A stretch of 64,000 nucleotides of DNA from Candidatus Poribacteria bacterium (GTDB lineage Bacteria > Poribacteria > WGA-4E > GCA-2687025), in NCBI GenBank assembly GCA_963665845.2, contig OY762492.1:2720001-2784000 (forward strand). Direction: 5' to 3'. The notes under the pieces were generated by a model. That model saw only the letters and a list, made by a program, of their open reading frames with translations, did no database searches and had not been told where the DNA came from. The position numbers were made by a program, and so were the translations under genes. Numbering within the stretch: the first letter of the stretch is position 1; every line of letters starts with the position of its first letter. Shown one piece after another: positions 1-9,997 of the stretch.

Positions 1-135
1 GGCGGACAATGGGAAATGCTGCAATCCAGCCACGAATATGAACAGGAAGACGCCAGCTCCATTCTCTACACGATCGAGATCAAGCCTGGCGAAACGCAGG
101 TCGTTCAATACCGCTTCAGGCGGCTCGGCAGATAG
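1..135 (+). CDS. 3' end of a DUF4139-like protein (partial)
   Basis: Frame 1 reads GGQWEMLQSSHEYEQEDASSILYTIEIKPGETQVVQYRFRRLGR*, resembling the C-terminus of the next gene (YWEMKEHSEPFERKDAGTIEFETTVPPRSEKEITFRV). Confidence 0.65.
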   Translation, partial: GGQWEMLQSSHEYEQEDASSILYTIEIKPGETQVVQYRFRRLGR

Positions 136-145
136 GAGATTCATC

Positions 146-1279
146 ATGCGAAAGATATTGGTATGGACGCTGGCGGCGGCGTTTGTTTTAGCGGCGGGAT
201 TGGCAATAGAACGCGCCGCGGCGCGCATCGGCCTCGTCACGATACCCGCCCGGCAGGACATACGCATCAAGATCGACCGCAGCAACAACGCGCTCGTCCA
301 AGAACGGCGCGGCATCACCCTCAAAAAAGGCATGAACCGCATCGAGTTCAGCTGGCCGAACATGAAGATCGATTTCAACACGGCGCAGCTCCTCCCTCTA
401 GAGCAGCAGGACGCGATCTCCATCTTGTCGGTCTCCGTGCCGCCGAACGCCGCCAACACGCTCATTTTGGAGGTGGAGAGCCAGAAGCCGAACCTTGTGC
501 CGTTCCGCATCACCTATCTGACGAGCGGCATCTCATGGAAAGCGTCCTACACCTCCATCGCCGACATGGACGAAAAGACGATTCATCTGGAAGCGAGCGT
601 CGCCATCTCGAACAACACGGTGGAAGATTACCATGACGCCGCCTTTGCGCTGCCGGTCGGCAAGCCGTTTCGTCAGTTTATTCAGAGCGGCGAGACGAAA
701 AAGATCGTTCTGTTTACGGCGCCGGCGATTCCCGTAACGAAAACCTATCTGTCCGATCCGCGCGAATATCCGGACGCGGCGGCGATGCATTATGTGTTCA
801 AAAACGAGGACGCGAGCGGCTTGAAGGAGGGCATGCTCCTGCCGGGGCGCGTCCGCCAATTCAAAAAAGACGCGACCGGAAGCGTCGCCTTTGTCGGCGA
901 GGACATCCTCCGCTTTGTGCCGGTCGGGGACGAGATACGTTTATACCAGGGTCCGGCGCGCGACATTGAGGTGGAGCGGCGCATCATGAAGCGGGAGCGC
1001 ACATCGATCAAGCGGAACAAAAAGGGGCAGATCGTCTCCTACGACACGGACGAAACCTACCGCATCGCGATACAGAACCGCAAGCTGTCAGACGCGCCGC
1101 TGATTGTGCGGGCGCATCTGTCGAACTACTGGGAGATGAAGGAGCATTCGGAGCCGTTTGAGCGGAAAGACGCCGGGACGATTGAGTTTGAAACGACCGT
1201 TCCGCCCCGCTCCGAAAAGGAGATCACGTTCAGAGTGGAAGGCAAAAATCTCCAGAACGGGTATGTGCTGAACGAATAG
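146..1279 (+). CDS. DUF4139/DUF4140-domain secreted protein
   Basis: ATG at 146 after AGGAG; signal peptide MRKILVWTLAAAFVLAAG; motifs ALVQERR, YLTSGISWKASY, LLPGRVR, FVGED. Confidence 0.75.
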   Translation: MRKILVWTLAAAFVLAAGLAIERAAARIGLVTIPARQDIRIKIDRSNNALVQERRGITLKKGMNRIEFSWPNMKIDFNTAQLLPLEQQDAISILSVSVPPNAANTLILEVESQKPNLVPFRITYLTSGISWKASYTSIADMDEKTIHLEASVAISNNTVEDYHDAAFALPVGKPFRQFIQSGETKKIVLFTAPAIPVTKTYLSDPREYPDAAAMHYVFKNEDASGLKEGMLLPGRVRQFKKDATGSVAFVGEDILRFVPVGDEIRLYQGPARDIEVERRIMKRERTSIKRNKKGQIVSYDTDETYRIAIQNRKLSDAPLIVRAHLSNYWEMKEHSEPFERKDAGTIEFETTVPPRSEKEITFRVEGKNLQNGYVLNE

Positions 1280-1293
1280 AGGAGGAGGCGTCC

Positions 1294-2187
1294 ATGTCGA
1301 ACGAGCCGGTTTATCCGAGCGTCAAGCAGGGCGTGTTGATGTGCCTTGTCTGCATCTCTGCGATTTTCGTCATCGGATGCGGCATCGGCATTGCCGTTCT
1401 CGCTTACTACTTTGTCTCAGGCGGGGACGTCTCCGCTTCTTCAGAGGAACTCGGCGGCGATTTTATTTTAGCAACCATTCTTGTCAGCAACATTTTGACG
1501 CTGGGCGGCGTCTTCTTTTACGGATACAAGAAATCGAAGGCGCCGCTCCGTTCGATTCTGCCCATGAAGCGTATTCGTCCGCTGCTCTATGTACCGATGG
1601 CGGCGATGCTGGTCGGCATGGGGATTCTATTCTCGCAGTTGGACAACTTTTATTTATGGTTTCTCGAATGGATTACGCCTGAGTGGTTGTTCAATCTCAT
1701 GAAAGAGGCGTTTCTAGCCGATCCCGAAGCCAGTCTATGGCTTGTCGTTCTTCTGTTCGTCATCGTCGCTCCCGTCACGGAGGAGCCGTTGTTCCGCGGT
1801 CTGCTGTTGCGCGGCTTTTTGACGCATCGGAGCCGTTGGAGGGCGGTTTGGATCTCGGCGCTGCTCTTCGGAGCGATTCATATGAATATACGTCAATTTA
1901 TGCCGGCGGTTGCGCTCGGCATCGCGTTCGCGTGGTGGCGCATTGAGACAGGGTCCATTTTGCCGGCGCTCCTCGGACATGCGCTCTACAACGCATGCGC
2001 GGTCTTATACTGGATTCTTGACAATGCCGGCGTGGAGTTTGAAACATTGCAGCCGCTTTGGTTGAACGCGGCGGGCGCGCTTCTTTTCTTATACGGCTTA
2101 CGGAGCCTGCGCCGGCTTTTTCAAAACCAGCCCAAAGATGCGGACAACAGCGGCGATCCGCCCCTTGAAAACGGACCTGATGGATGA
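1294..2187 (+). CDS. CPBP-family (CAAX/Abi-type) intramembrane glutamic protease
   Basis: Multi-TM; EEPLFRG, LFGAIH and GHALYN motifs; RBS GGAGG. Confidence 0.9.
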   Translation: MSNEPVYPSVKQGVLMCLVCISAIFVIGCGIGIAVLAYYFVSGGDVSASSEELGGDFILATILVSNILTLGGVFFYGYKKSKAPLRSILPMKRIRPLLYVPMAAMLVGMGILFSQLDNFYLWFLEWITPEWLFNLMKEAFLADPEASLWLVVLLFVIVAPVTEEPLFRGLLLRGFLTHRSRWRAVWISALLFGAIHMNIRQFMPAVALGIAFAWWRIETGSILPALLGHALYNACAVLYWILDNAGVEFETLQPLWLNAAGALLFLYGLRSLRRLFQNQPKDADNSGDPPLENGPDG

Positions 2188-2204
2188 GCCGCTAAGGAGA
2201 CCCC

Positions 2205-3002
2205 ATGTCGAACGAGCCGGTTTATCCGAGCGTCAAGCAGGGCGTCTTGCTGGTGTTGGCCGCCTTCGCGCTGCTGTACAGCGTTAGCTACGGCTTGAGC
2301 CGTCTAACCGCAAACGTTGGCATATCATACGATGCGGTCTTCACCGTTGCGTATATCCTATCTTTCGGCGGCGTATTTGTTTACGGCTGCAAGCGGGCAA
2401 AGGCTCCGCTCCGTTCGATTCTTCCGATAAAGCCTGTCTCTCCGCGCCTCTACCTGTCGATAGCGGCAATGACCGCCGGGCTATTTCTTCTGGAGTTGGT
2501 GTTCATCAGCCTTTGCGCCTTTCTCCTAGAGCAAATCAGTCCTGACTTGGTTTCAGACGACATGCCCTATGGAGATCTATGGAACTTTGCGGTTGCGGTT
2601 CTTCTCCTCGCGCCTTTACTGGAAGAAGCGCTGTTTCGAGGTCTGATCCTGCGTGGTTTTTTGACGCATTGCAGCCGCTGGAAAGCGATCTGGATCTCGT
2701 CGATTCTCTTTGGGCTCATGCATATCGTCGATCCTTTCCAAGTTTTGCCAGTGGGCGCTCTCGGCGTCGCATTCGCGTGGTGGCGAGTCGAAACAGGTTC
2801 GATCTTGCCCTCCGCGATCGGACACTCTTTTTGCAACTTAATGGCGGTCTCTGTATATCTGTCTGCCGAGATTCTCTATACATCCCTGATGATCGCGGGA
2901 GGGGTTGCGCTGCTTCTGCTGGGCATATGGAGCCTGCGCCGCCTTTTTCAAAACCCGCCCGACAGGGAACCGAACGGCGCCGAAATCCCGCCGCCCAAAT
3001 AG
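2205..3002 (+). CDS. CPBP-family intramembrane protease, tandem paralog
   Basis: EEALFRG, LFGLMH, GHSFCN; identical N-terminus MSNEPVYPSVKQGVL to previous gene. Confidence 0.9.
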   Translation: MSNEPVYPSVKQGVLLVLAAFALLYSVSYGLSRLTANVGISYDAVFTVAYILSFGGVFVYGCKRAKAPLRSILPIKPVSPRLYLSIAAMTAGLFLLELVFISLCAFLLEQISPDLVSDDMPYGDLWNFAVAVLLLAPLLEEALFRGLILRGFLTHCSRWKAIWISSILFGLMHIVDPFQVLPVGALGVAFAWWRVETGSILPSAIGHSFCNLMAVSVYLSAEILYTSLMIAGGVALLLLGIWSLRRLFQNPPDREPNGAEIPPPK

Positions 3003-3028
3003 ATTCCGCTTTAAGCCGCAAATTAGGC

Positions 3029-3059
3029 TAAACTAAATTAGAGCGCGCGCGTCTAACAT
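3029..3059 (+). promoter_or_regulatory. Putative ECF-sigma promoter upstream of gspE
   Basis: TAAACT-N15-CGTCTAACAT; similar motif upstream of gspD. Confidence 0.4.
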
Positions 3060-3094
3060 ACGAACGCGGCAATTTCTTATAGGGAGAACAGCGA

Positions 3095-4831
3095 GTGTAC
3101 GAAGCGGTTGACCGGTCGTTGGTTGACATCTTAGAAGAAGGCGGCATGCTTTCACAGGAGCATTCCGCGCAGGCGAGAGAGCGGCTGGCGGAAGCGGACG
3201 GAACCGACGAAGCCTCCGTTTTGGAGGAGTTTGTCTCCGCCGCCGACCTGGAGCTGGCGGTGAAAAGCCGAGAATTCGGCGTCCCATGCGTCCGACTCAA
3301 CGGACAAGGCGACAACCAAGAGGTCGTCAGCAAAATACGCGCCAATTACGCCTACAAGTACAAGGTGGCGCCCGTCAGTATGGACGACGGAAAACTGGTC
3401 GTGGCGATGGCGGACCCGCTCGATATTGAGCTGATCGATGAACTGCGGGTGGTGACGGGGCATGACGTCGTCCCGCTCCTCGGCGACCAGTCCGACATCG
3501 AAGACGCCATCCGGCGCTACTACGGGCAATCGACCGAGCAGCTGATTAGCGGACAGCTGGCAGGTCCCAGCGGTTCGGTCACCATCGAAACGGTCGAAGA
3601 GATCCATGACTACGGCATGAACGCCGATGTCCTGGCGCGCGACCCGACCGTCAAAGAGGCGGTGAACCAGATCATCATCGACGCGGTGAGCGAAGGCGCG
3701 ACCGACATCCATGTGGAGCCGTTTGAGGACAGGCTGCAGATACGGTTCCGTCTGGACGGCATGCTGGAAGCGCGCACCTCGCCGCCGAAGCATCTCCAAG
3801 CGGCGATCTCCTCCTATATCAAGCTGCAGTCGGAGATGAACATCGCCGAGACGCGCCGCCCCCAAGACGGGCGCATCCAGGTGCGCATCGCGACTCTCGG
3901 ACAGCGCGAGATCGACATCCGCGTGTCCACCGTCCCAACGATCTGGGGCGAAAGCATCGCCATGCGTATCCTTGACAAAAACATGGTGCGCCTCGGTTTG
4001 CGCGAACTGGGACTTCTAGAACGCGATTTTGAACTTTTCCAGAAAATGATCCACAAGCCCTGGGGCATCATCCTCGCCACAGGACCGACAGGGAGCGGAA
4101 AAACCACCTCCCTGAACGCGATTTTGAACGAGATCAAAGATGTCGGAACGAAGATCATCACGGTGGAAGACCCCGTTGAATACGACATGGACGGCATCAA
4201 CCAGATCGGCGTCAACGCCGAGATCGATGTTACCTTCGCCCGCGCGCTGCGGCATATTCTGCGGCAAGACCCCGACAAGGTGATGGTCGGCGAAATCCGC
4301 GACCTTGAAACGGCTGAAATGGCGATCCACACCTCGCTGACGGGGCATCTTGTTCTCTCGTCGCTGCATACGAACGACGCGCCGCAGGCGATCACCCGTA
4401 TGATCTCGATGGGCGTCGACCCGTATCTGGTCTCGTCAACTTTGGAGGGGGTCATCGCGCAGCGTCTGCCTCGGCGCGTTTGCCGAGCCTGCGCCCGGAT
4501 GGAACCGCCGACCCATGAGGAGCTGCTGGCGGTTGGCGTGGATCCTGACCAAGCCGACCCTGACTGGTTGGTTCCGCAGCCTGTCGGCTGCGCGCAATGC
4601 CGCGGGACAGGCTACCGCGGGCGCATCGGCATTTTTGAAATCATGCAGATGACCGAACCGCTGCGCGAGCTGGCGCTCCAGAACGCGTCCGCGTACCAGA
4701 TACGCCAGCATGCGGTCAAGGAAGGCATGCGCTCCCTGCGCGACGACGGATGGGAAAAGGCGCTGAACGGAATCACCACTGTCGAAGAGGTGCTGCGCCT
4801 CACGCCGTCCGCCGGAACGGTAGGCGCCTGA
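3095..4831 (+). CDS. gspE: T2SS/T4P assembly ATPase GspE/PilB
   Basis: Walker A GPTGSGKTT, TVEDPVEY, LRQDPDKVMVGEIRD, LHTND, CxxC...CxxC zinc motif. Confidence 0.95.
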   Translation: MYEAVDRSLVDILEEGGMLSQEHSAQARERLAEADGTDEASVLEEFVSAADLELAVKSREFGVPCVRLNGQGDNQEVVSKIRANYAYKYKVAPVSMDDGKLVVAMADPLDIELIDELRVVTGHDVVPLLGDQSDIEDAIRRYYGQSTEQLISGQLAGPSGSVTIETVEEIHDYGMNADVLARDPTVKEAVNQIIIDAVSEGATDIHVEPFEDRLQIRFRLDGMLEARTSPPKHLQAAISSYIKLQSEMNIAETRRPQDGRIQVRIATLGQREIDIRVSTVPTIWGESIAMRILDKNMVRLGLRELGLLERDFELFQKMIHKPWGIILATGPTGSGKTTSLNAILNEIKDVGTKIITVEDPVEYDMDGINQIGVNAEIDVTFARALRHILRQDPDKVMVGEIRDLETAEMAIHTSLTGHLVLSSLHTNDAPQAITRMISMGVDPYLVSSTLEGVIAQRLPRRVCRACARMEPPTHEELLAVGVDPDQADPDWLVPQPVGCAQCRGTGYRGRIGIFEIMQMTEPLRELALQNASAYQIRQHAVKEGMRSLRDDGWEKALNGITTVEEVLRLTPSAGTVGA

Positions 4832-6090
4832 TGCCGAGATACGCCTATGTAGCCGTCACCACCTCCGGTTCCAAAACAAAAGGCTCCATGGACGCGGCGT
4901 CGCGCAACGAGCTGGTCGCCCGCCTTCGAGAGATGGGGTACTTTCCGACGCATGTTGAAGAGGCGGTCGGAGAAGAAGATAGCGGCCTCTTTAGCGGATT
5001 TCGCGTCGGCAAGAAGGTGAAACCGAAGCAGGTGGAGTTTTTCACCTTTCAGCTGGCGACGCTGGTCAAGGCGGGCATTCCGCTTGACAGGGCGTTGGTC
5101 ACCTGCTCCGAGCAGGCGGAAAGCAACGAGCTGCGCCGCCTCATCGAAGACATCCGCGCGGACGTCGAACAAGGCGCCAGCCTCTCCGAGGCGATGGGAA
5201 AGCATCCAAAGCATTTTGACGATCTGTACACGAACATGGTTCGCTCCGGGCAAGAAGGCGGGGTGCTGGGTCTTGTGCTGGGGCGCCTTTCCGAGTTCAG
5301 CCGACAGCAGCGCGAGCTGCGCGACTCGGTCGTCTCGGCGCTCATTTATCCGATCATCCTGCTGTTCATTGCGGTCATCATCGTCGCGGTGATGATGCTT
5401 CTGGTGATTCCGCGCTTCACCGAAATGTTTATGGAGGTCGGGATGGACCTGCCGGCGTCCACCCGTATGTTGATTGCGGTCGTCGCCTATGTGAAGTCGG
5501 CGTGGGGGTTTGCGTGGATGTATGGAAGCATACCGCTTCCGGGCGCGACGCTGACAGGGATGATTTTGATCTGGTTCGCTTCGCGTCAGTACCGCAAAAC
5601 GGAGTCGGGCGAGGTGTTTTTTGACAAGGCGCGCATGCGCGTCCCGCTGGTCGGTCCCGTCGTCCGAAACTTCGCCATTGTCCGCATGACGCAGACGATG
5701 AGTACGCTGTTGGAAAACGGCGTCATGCTGTTGACGGCGCTGCGCGTCGGAAAGGCGACCACCGGCAGCGTCGTCTATGAAAGCGCGCTGGAGCATGCGG
5801 AGCAGGAGGTGCAAACCGGCTCCAGCCTGTCCGGCCCGCTCGAAGAAAGCGGCCTGTTTCCGCCCATCGTTACGAACATGCTGGCGATTGGCGAAGAATC
5901 AGGGCGCCCGGAGACGATGCTCGGCCACCTCGCCGACTATTACGACATGGAAATCAAACGCTCTCTGGAACGGCTGGTGGCGGCGTTGGGACCGATGCTC
6001 ATTCTGTTTATGGCGGGCATCGTCGTCGTCATCGCCATCTCCATCATCACGCCTATGGTCAACCTGTCCAACATCAGCGCAAGCCCATGA
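4831..6090 (+). CDS. gspF: T2SS inner-membrane platform protein GspF/PilC
   Basis: TGATG coupling to gspE; MPRYAYVA, QLATLVKAGIPL, SALIYP, IGEESG. Confidence 0.93.
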   Translation: MPRYAYVAVTTSGSKTKGSMDAASRNELVARLREMGYFPTHVEEAVGEEDSGLFSGFRVGKKVKPKQVEFFTFQLATLVKAGIPLDRALVTCSEQAESNELRRLIEDIRADVEQGASLSEAMGKHPKHFDDLYTNMVRSGQEGGVLGLVLGRLSEFSRQQRELRDSVVSALIYPIILLFIAVIIVAVMMLLVIPRFTEMFMEVGMDLPASTRMLIAVVAYVKSAWGFAWMYGSIPLPGATLTGMILIWFASRQYRKTESGEVFFDKARMRVPLVGPVVRNFAIVRMTQTMSTLLENGVMLLTALRVGKATTGSVVYESALEHAEQEVQTGSSLSGPLEESGLFPPIVTNMLAIGEESGRPETMLGHLADYYDMEIKRSLERLVAALGPMLILFMAGIVVVIAISIITPMVNLSNISASP

Positions 6091-6117
6091 ACATGCGTAA
6101 AGAAAAAGGAGCGCAGA

Positions 6118-6621
6118 ATGGCACGAAAACTGCTCAATAAACTCCGACGGCGGAGCAACGGCGACGAGGGTTTCACACTGGTGGAAGTTCTGGTCGTTTT
6201 GACGATCATCGGAATTCTTGCGGCGGCGATCTCGCCCGCTGTCCTCAAAGAAATCGGCAAAGCAAAACAGCAAAAAGCGCAGCAGCAGATCTCCATCTTC
6301 GCAGGCGCCCTGAAACGGTACAGCCGCGATGTCGGCGACTACCCGACAACAGAAGAGGGGTTGATGGGGCTGATCCAAGCGCCCAGCGGCGTGACCGGAT
6401 GGGACGGACCCTATCTGGAAGAGGCGCTGCTCCCTGACGGAACCATGAAGCCCGACCCCTGGGGGAACCAGCTGGAGTACGTCTATCCAGGCGCGCACCA
6501 AGCCCTGACCTACGCCTTCGACCTGACCAGCTACGGCAGAGACGGACAAGAAGGCGGTACCGGCGTCGACTCCGACATCTCCAACTGGGCGGGCGTCATG
6601 GACGAAAGCCAGGAAGAGTAA
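6118..6621 (+). CDS. gspG: Major pseudopilin GspG
   Basis: G|FTLVEVL prepilin site; YPTTEEGL, WDGPYL, DPWGN, YGRDGQEGG. Confidence 0.95.
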   Translation: MARKLLNKLRRRSNGDEGFTLVEVLVVLTIIGILAAAISPAVLKEIGKAKQQKAQQQISIFAGALKRYSRDVGDYPTTEEGLMGLIQAPSGVTGWDGPYLEEALLPDGTMKPDPWGNQLEYVYPGAHQALTYAFDLTSYGRDGQEGGTGVDSDISNWAGVMDESQEE

Positions 6622-6635
6622 GCAGGCGGCGAACG

Positions 6636-7265
6636 ATGAACGCAATGCGCATGAACCCAGAACGCTCTCAAAGAGGCTTCACGCTGGTCGAAATGCTGGT
6701 CGTGCTGGCGATCATTTCGCTCATGCTGGCGGTCGCGGCGCCCTCGTTCAAAAACTTTTCGGACAAGCAAAAGTTGGAGACCGCAGGCGACGCGGTACGC
6801 AGCCTAGCGCATTACGCGCGCGACACCGCCATGGCGGACGGAGAGCCGTATATGATCGTGTTCGACTTCGTGCAGCAGACCTTCTGGCTTTCAAAAGCCT
6901 CCGCCCTGGAATACGGCGACCTGTCGATGAGCGCCTATCTCGGATCCTACGGACCCGAAGCGGAAGGCATGTCGCCTGAAGAGATGATCGCCGAACGCGC
7001 CCACGGCATACTGGGCGATATGCGCGAAATGGACGCCGTCGTCTCAATAGACCGAGTCGATGTGGAGCGCGAAGGCGCCATCGTGAGCGGCGCGCCCGAT
7101 TATGAATATGTCCAGTTCAATGCGGACGGCACCGCCGAGCCGGCAAGCGTCTATCTGTTGAATAACCGGAACCAAGCGGCGGTTGTGGATGTATGGCTCC
7201 GCGCTTCCCGCATTGATGTTCGGATGTTGAACGATAATGAGGCGTCCGAACTGGTTGAACGGTAA
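6636..7265 (+). CDS. gspH: Minor pseudopilin GspH/FimT-like
   Basis: RG|FTLVEML; ARDTAM; FNADG; gene order. Confidence 0.85.
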   Translation: MNAMRMNPERSQRGFTLVEMLVVLAIISLMLAVAAPSFKNFSDKQKLETAGDAVRSLAHYARDTAMADGEPYMIVFDFVQQTFWLSKASALEYGDLSMSAYLGSYGPEAEGMSPEEMIAERAHGILGDMREMDAVVSIDRVDVEREGAIVSGAPDYEYVQFNADGTAEPASVYLLNNRNQAAVVDVWLRASRIDVRMLNDNEASELVER

Positions 7266-7290
7266 CGCTGTGAAGAGAAACCGCGCCGCC

Positions 7291-7701
7291 ATGAACAAAT
7301 CTTCTGGGTTCACTTTGCTAGAGGTGCTGGTCGCGCTGGCGATTATCGGCGGAACGCTGCCGTTTTTGGCGCTGGCGCTGGCGAACACCTCGCGCATGAG
7401 CGCCGAGTCGAGAGACCTGATCACCGCGTCGCATCTGCTGCGCGATAAAATGAGCGAACTGGAATCGGTCGAATCGCTTCCGTCGGGGCAATCGCAGGGC
7501 GAGTTCCTTGAAGGCGCCCGCTTTCAATGGCAGGTACAGATCTCTCCAACAACCTACAACTCCCTCTACGACGTCTCGGTGATGGTTACATGGCTTTCAG
7601 GCGGAATACCGAAACGGCTCGGCGCCCGAACCTACATCATGGGCGAAGCGCAGGAGGCGGAAGAAGAGGGCGGACAGCAAGGCGGACAAGGAGCCAGATG
7701 A
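7291..7701 (+). CDS. gspI: Minor pseudopilin GspI
   Basis: SG|FTLLEVLVALAI; short; FQWQVQI and VSVMVTW. Confidence 0.85.
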   Translation: MNKSSGFTLLEVLVALAIIGGTLPFLALALANTSRMSAESRDLITASHLLRDKMSELESVESLPSGQSQGEFLEGARFQWQVQISPTTYNSLYDVSVMVTWLSGGIPKRLGARTYIMGEAQEAEEEGGQQGGQGAR

Positions 7702-8534
7702 TGCAAAGACGCGCTCAAAGACGCAAAGACGCGGGCTTCACGCTGGTCGAACTGCTCGTCACTATGGCGATGGTGACGATCGTCAGCGGCATCGTCTACT
7801 CCTCCTTCAGTAACGCGCTCAGCTCCTATAGCAAGGATTCGTCCAAGATGAATGAGGCGCGCGCCATACGCGCCGGACTGCAGGGGCTGGCGGACGATAT
7901 GTCGAACGCTGTCGGCGACGCTGCGAACCTTGATTTCATGTTTCTGTTTCAGGACATGGAGGGGCTTGAAGGCTACGGGCAGGACATCGTCAGCTTCGTC
8001 ACCTCCACCGAGCCGAACACGGCGGAAACGGAAAGCCTCAACAACGGCGCGCCGCCAAGCCGCGCCGGTACGCTCCAAAGCTCCATCATTGAGGACGAGG
8101 AGGAAGACGCCCCGCAAGCGGCGTCCGATCTGATTCGTATCGCGTATATGGTCGGCGCCAGCCAGGACAACCCCCCAGACGAAAACGCCGAGATTCAACC
8201 GCAGGCGCTTCTCAAAGTGATCTCGCCGACGCTGGACATTGAGGAGCTGCTGGGAGATTCGGGGCTGTCGCAGGATGTCGAATCGATGCTTGCCGCGCTC
8301 ATGGAGCAGGGGGCGGAGGTGGAAACGGTCGTTGACTCGGTTCTGGGGCTAGATTTTGAGTTTTTTGACGGCGAACAGTGGACGCCGATGTGGAACACGG
8401 AGGAGCAGGGGGTTCCGCTGGCGGCGCGCGCCAAGCTGACCGTCGGCAACGCGGCAAATCTAGAAACCGCGCTCACCCGCTCCACCACCGCGCGCATCGC
8501 CGTCACAAGCGTCCCAGGAGGAGCGGGAAATTGA
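7698..8534 (+). CDS. gspJ: Minor pseudopilin GspJ
   Basis: ATGA overlap; AG|FTLVELL; LDFEFFDGEQWTPMW...PLA. Confidence 0.85.
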   Translation: MMQRRAQRRKDAGFTLVELLVTMAMVTIVSGIVYSSFSNALSSYSKDSSKMNEARAIRAGLQGLADDMSNAVGDAANLDFMFLFQDMEGLEGYGQDIVSFVTSTEPNTAETESLNNGAPPSRAGTLQSSIIEDEEEDAPQAASDLIRIAYMVGASQDNPPDENAEIQPQALLKVISPTLDIEELLGDSGLSQDVESMLAALMEQGAEVETVVDSVLGLDFEFFDGEQWTPMWNTEEQGVPLAARAKLTVGNAANLETALTRSTTARIAVTSVPGGAGN

Positions 8535-9949
8535 AACGCCCCAACGACGCCGGCCTCGCCCTCATCACAACGCTCTGGGTCATCGCCATCCTGTCCATAC
8601 TCGTTACAGCGTATCTGTACGACGCCCATCTGGACTGGCGAATCAGCCGCCGCGCCGTTGAAAAAACGCAGGCGGAATACGCCGCCAAAGCCGGCATCTC
8701 CCAATTCCAAGCGGTACTGGAAGACGACGACGAATCGTACGACGACGCCCAAGAGGACTGGGGGCAGGGCGTCAGCGGGCAGATGGAAGACCCCGCCGGG
8801 ACAGGCAAGGCGTTCAGCTACTCTGTCAGCGCGACCGATCTGAACGCGCTTATCGACATCAACTCGGCGGATGAAACGGTCGTCAGCTCGCTGCTGCAAA
8901 GCGCGGGCGTCCCGGAAGAATCGCGCACAACGCTGGCGCAAAACATTGTCTCGGCGCGGGATCAACGCCCCTTCCTAACGCCAGGCGACCTCGCCCGCGT
9001 GGAAGGCATGACGAACGCGATTCTATACGGCGGTCAAGCCGCGCCCGCAGAAGGCGAAGAAGCGCAGCAAACGACTCCGCTTATCAACCTTATCAGCGTC
9101 TATTCCGTCGATAAGAATGAGCAGTCGAACGGAACCAGCCGGACGAACATAACCAGCGCGGACGCCAACACGCTCCGCCAAAATTTAACGAACTCGAGCG
9201 GCGAGGAGCTGCTGTCTCAAAATGAAGCGGACGCATTGGTCAGCTACCGAGACGACAACGAACTGGAATCGATCGGCGATCTGTTCGACGCGACGGCAAT
9301 CACCCAAGAGACGCTGAACGACATCCGCGGCGATCTTAGCACAGACGATTCGGACGACGACGACGAGGACGAAACGACCAACATCAACACGGCAGACGCC
9401 GACCAGCTCGCCAATGTAGACGGGCTGGATCAAGGCACGGCGGAAGCGATCGTTCGTTACAGGGACGAAAACGGGAACTACGACAACGTGGACGATATAC
9501 AGAACGCGCTCATCTTCACCCGCGATGAGATACGGCAGATCGCCGACAAAGTCACGGTGACAGACGACGACACTTTAACCGGCGTCTTGAACCTCAACAC
9601 AGCGGGCGCGAGCGCACTGGGGCTGCTGCCGAACATGAACAACCAGAAGGCGCAGGCGATTGTGAACCAGCGGCAAGCGCAGCAGGCGTCCAACGAACAG
9701 CAAGGCTCCGGCGCCGAGGAGGCCTCCGCCTCCTCCAACCCGTTCCGATCCATCGGCGATCTGCTCAACATCGACAGCATCGACGCGGAGACCTTTAAAG
9801 GAATCGCCAACCTTGTGACCTATAGAACGCAGGCGTTTCAGCTGACCGCAAACGGGATGGACCCCGCAGGGGCGCAAGCGGCGACCGTCACCGCGATCAT
9901 CGACCGCAGCGGCGAGGAGATCAGCATTCGTTTCTGGCGCATTGAATGA
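8531..9949 (+). CDS. gspK: Minor pseudopilin GspK with four HhH (ComEA-like) modules
   Basis: TTG start overlapping gspJ stop; AG|LALITTLWVIAIL; QAEYAAKAGI; repeated (L/I)N(I/L)N(T/S)A modules; C-terminal IRFWRIE. Confidence 0.85.
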   Translation: MKRPNDAGLALITTLWVIAILSILVTAYLYDAHLDWRISRRAVEKTQAEYAAKAGISQFQAVLEDDDESYDDAQEDWGQGVSGQMEDPAGTGKAFSYSVSATDLNALIDINSADETVVSSLLQSAGVPEESRTTLAQNIVSARDQRPFLTPGDLARVEGMTNAILYGGQAAPAEGEEAQQTTPLINLISVYSVDKNEQSNGTSRTNITSADANTLRQNLTNSSGEELLSQNEADALVSYRDDNELESIGDLFDATAITQETLNDIRGDLSTDDSDDDDEDETTNINTADADQLANVDGLDQGTAEAIVRYRDENGNYDNVDDIQNALIFTRDEIRQIADKVTVTDDDTLTGVLNLNTAGASALGLLPNMNNQKAQAIVNQRQAQQASNEQQGSGAEEASASSNPFRSIGDLLNIDSIDAETFKGIANLVTYRTQAFQLTANGMDPAGAQAATVTAIIDRSGEEISIRFWRIE

Positions 9950-9997
9950 AAAACATAACGCATCGTATGAACTTGGACAGATCGGCGGAGAAACAAC

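Noticed and set aside
1294-3002. CPBP ('Abi') genes as abortive-infection defence
   Set aside because: The Abi name of this protease family is historical; context gives no defence support
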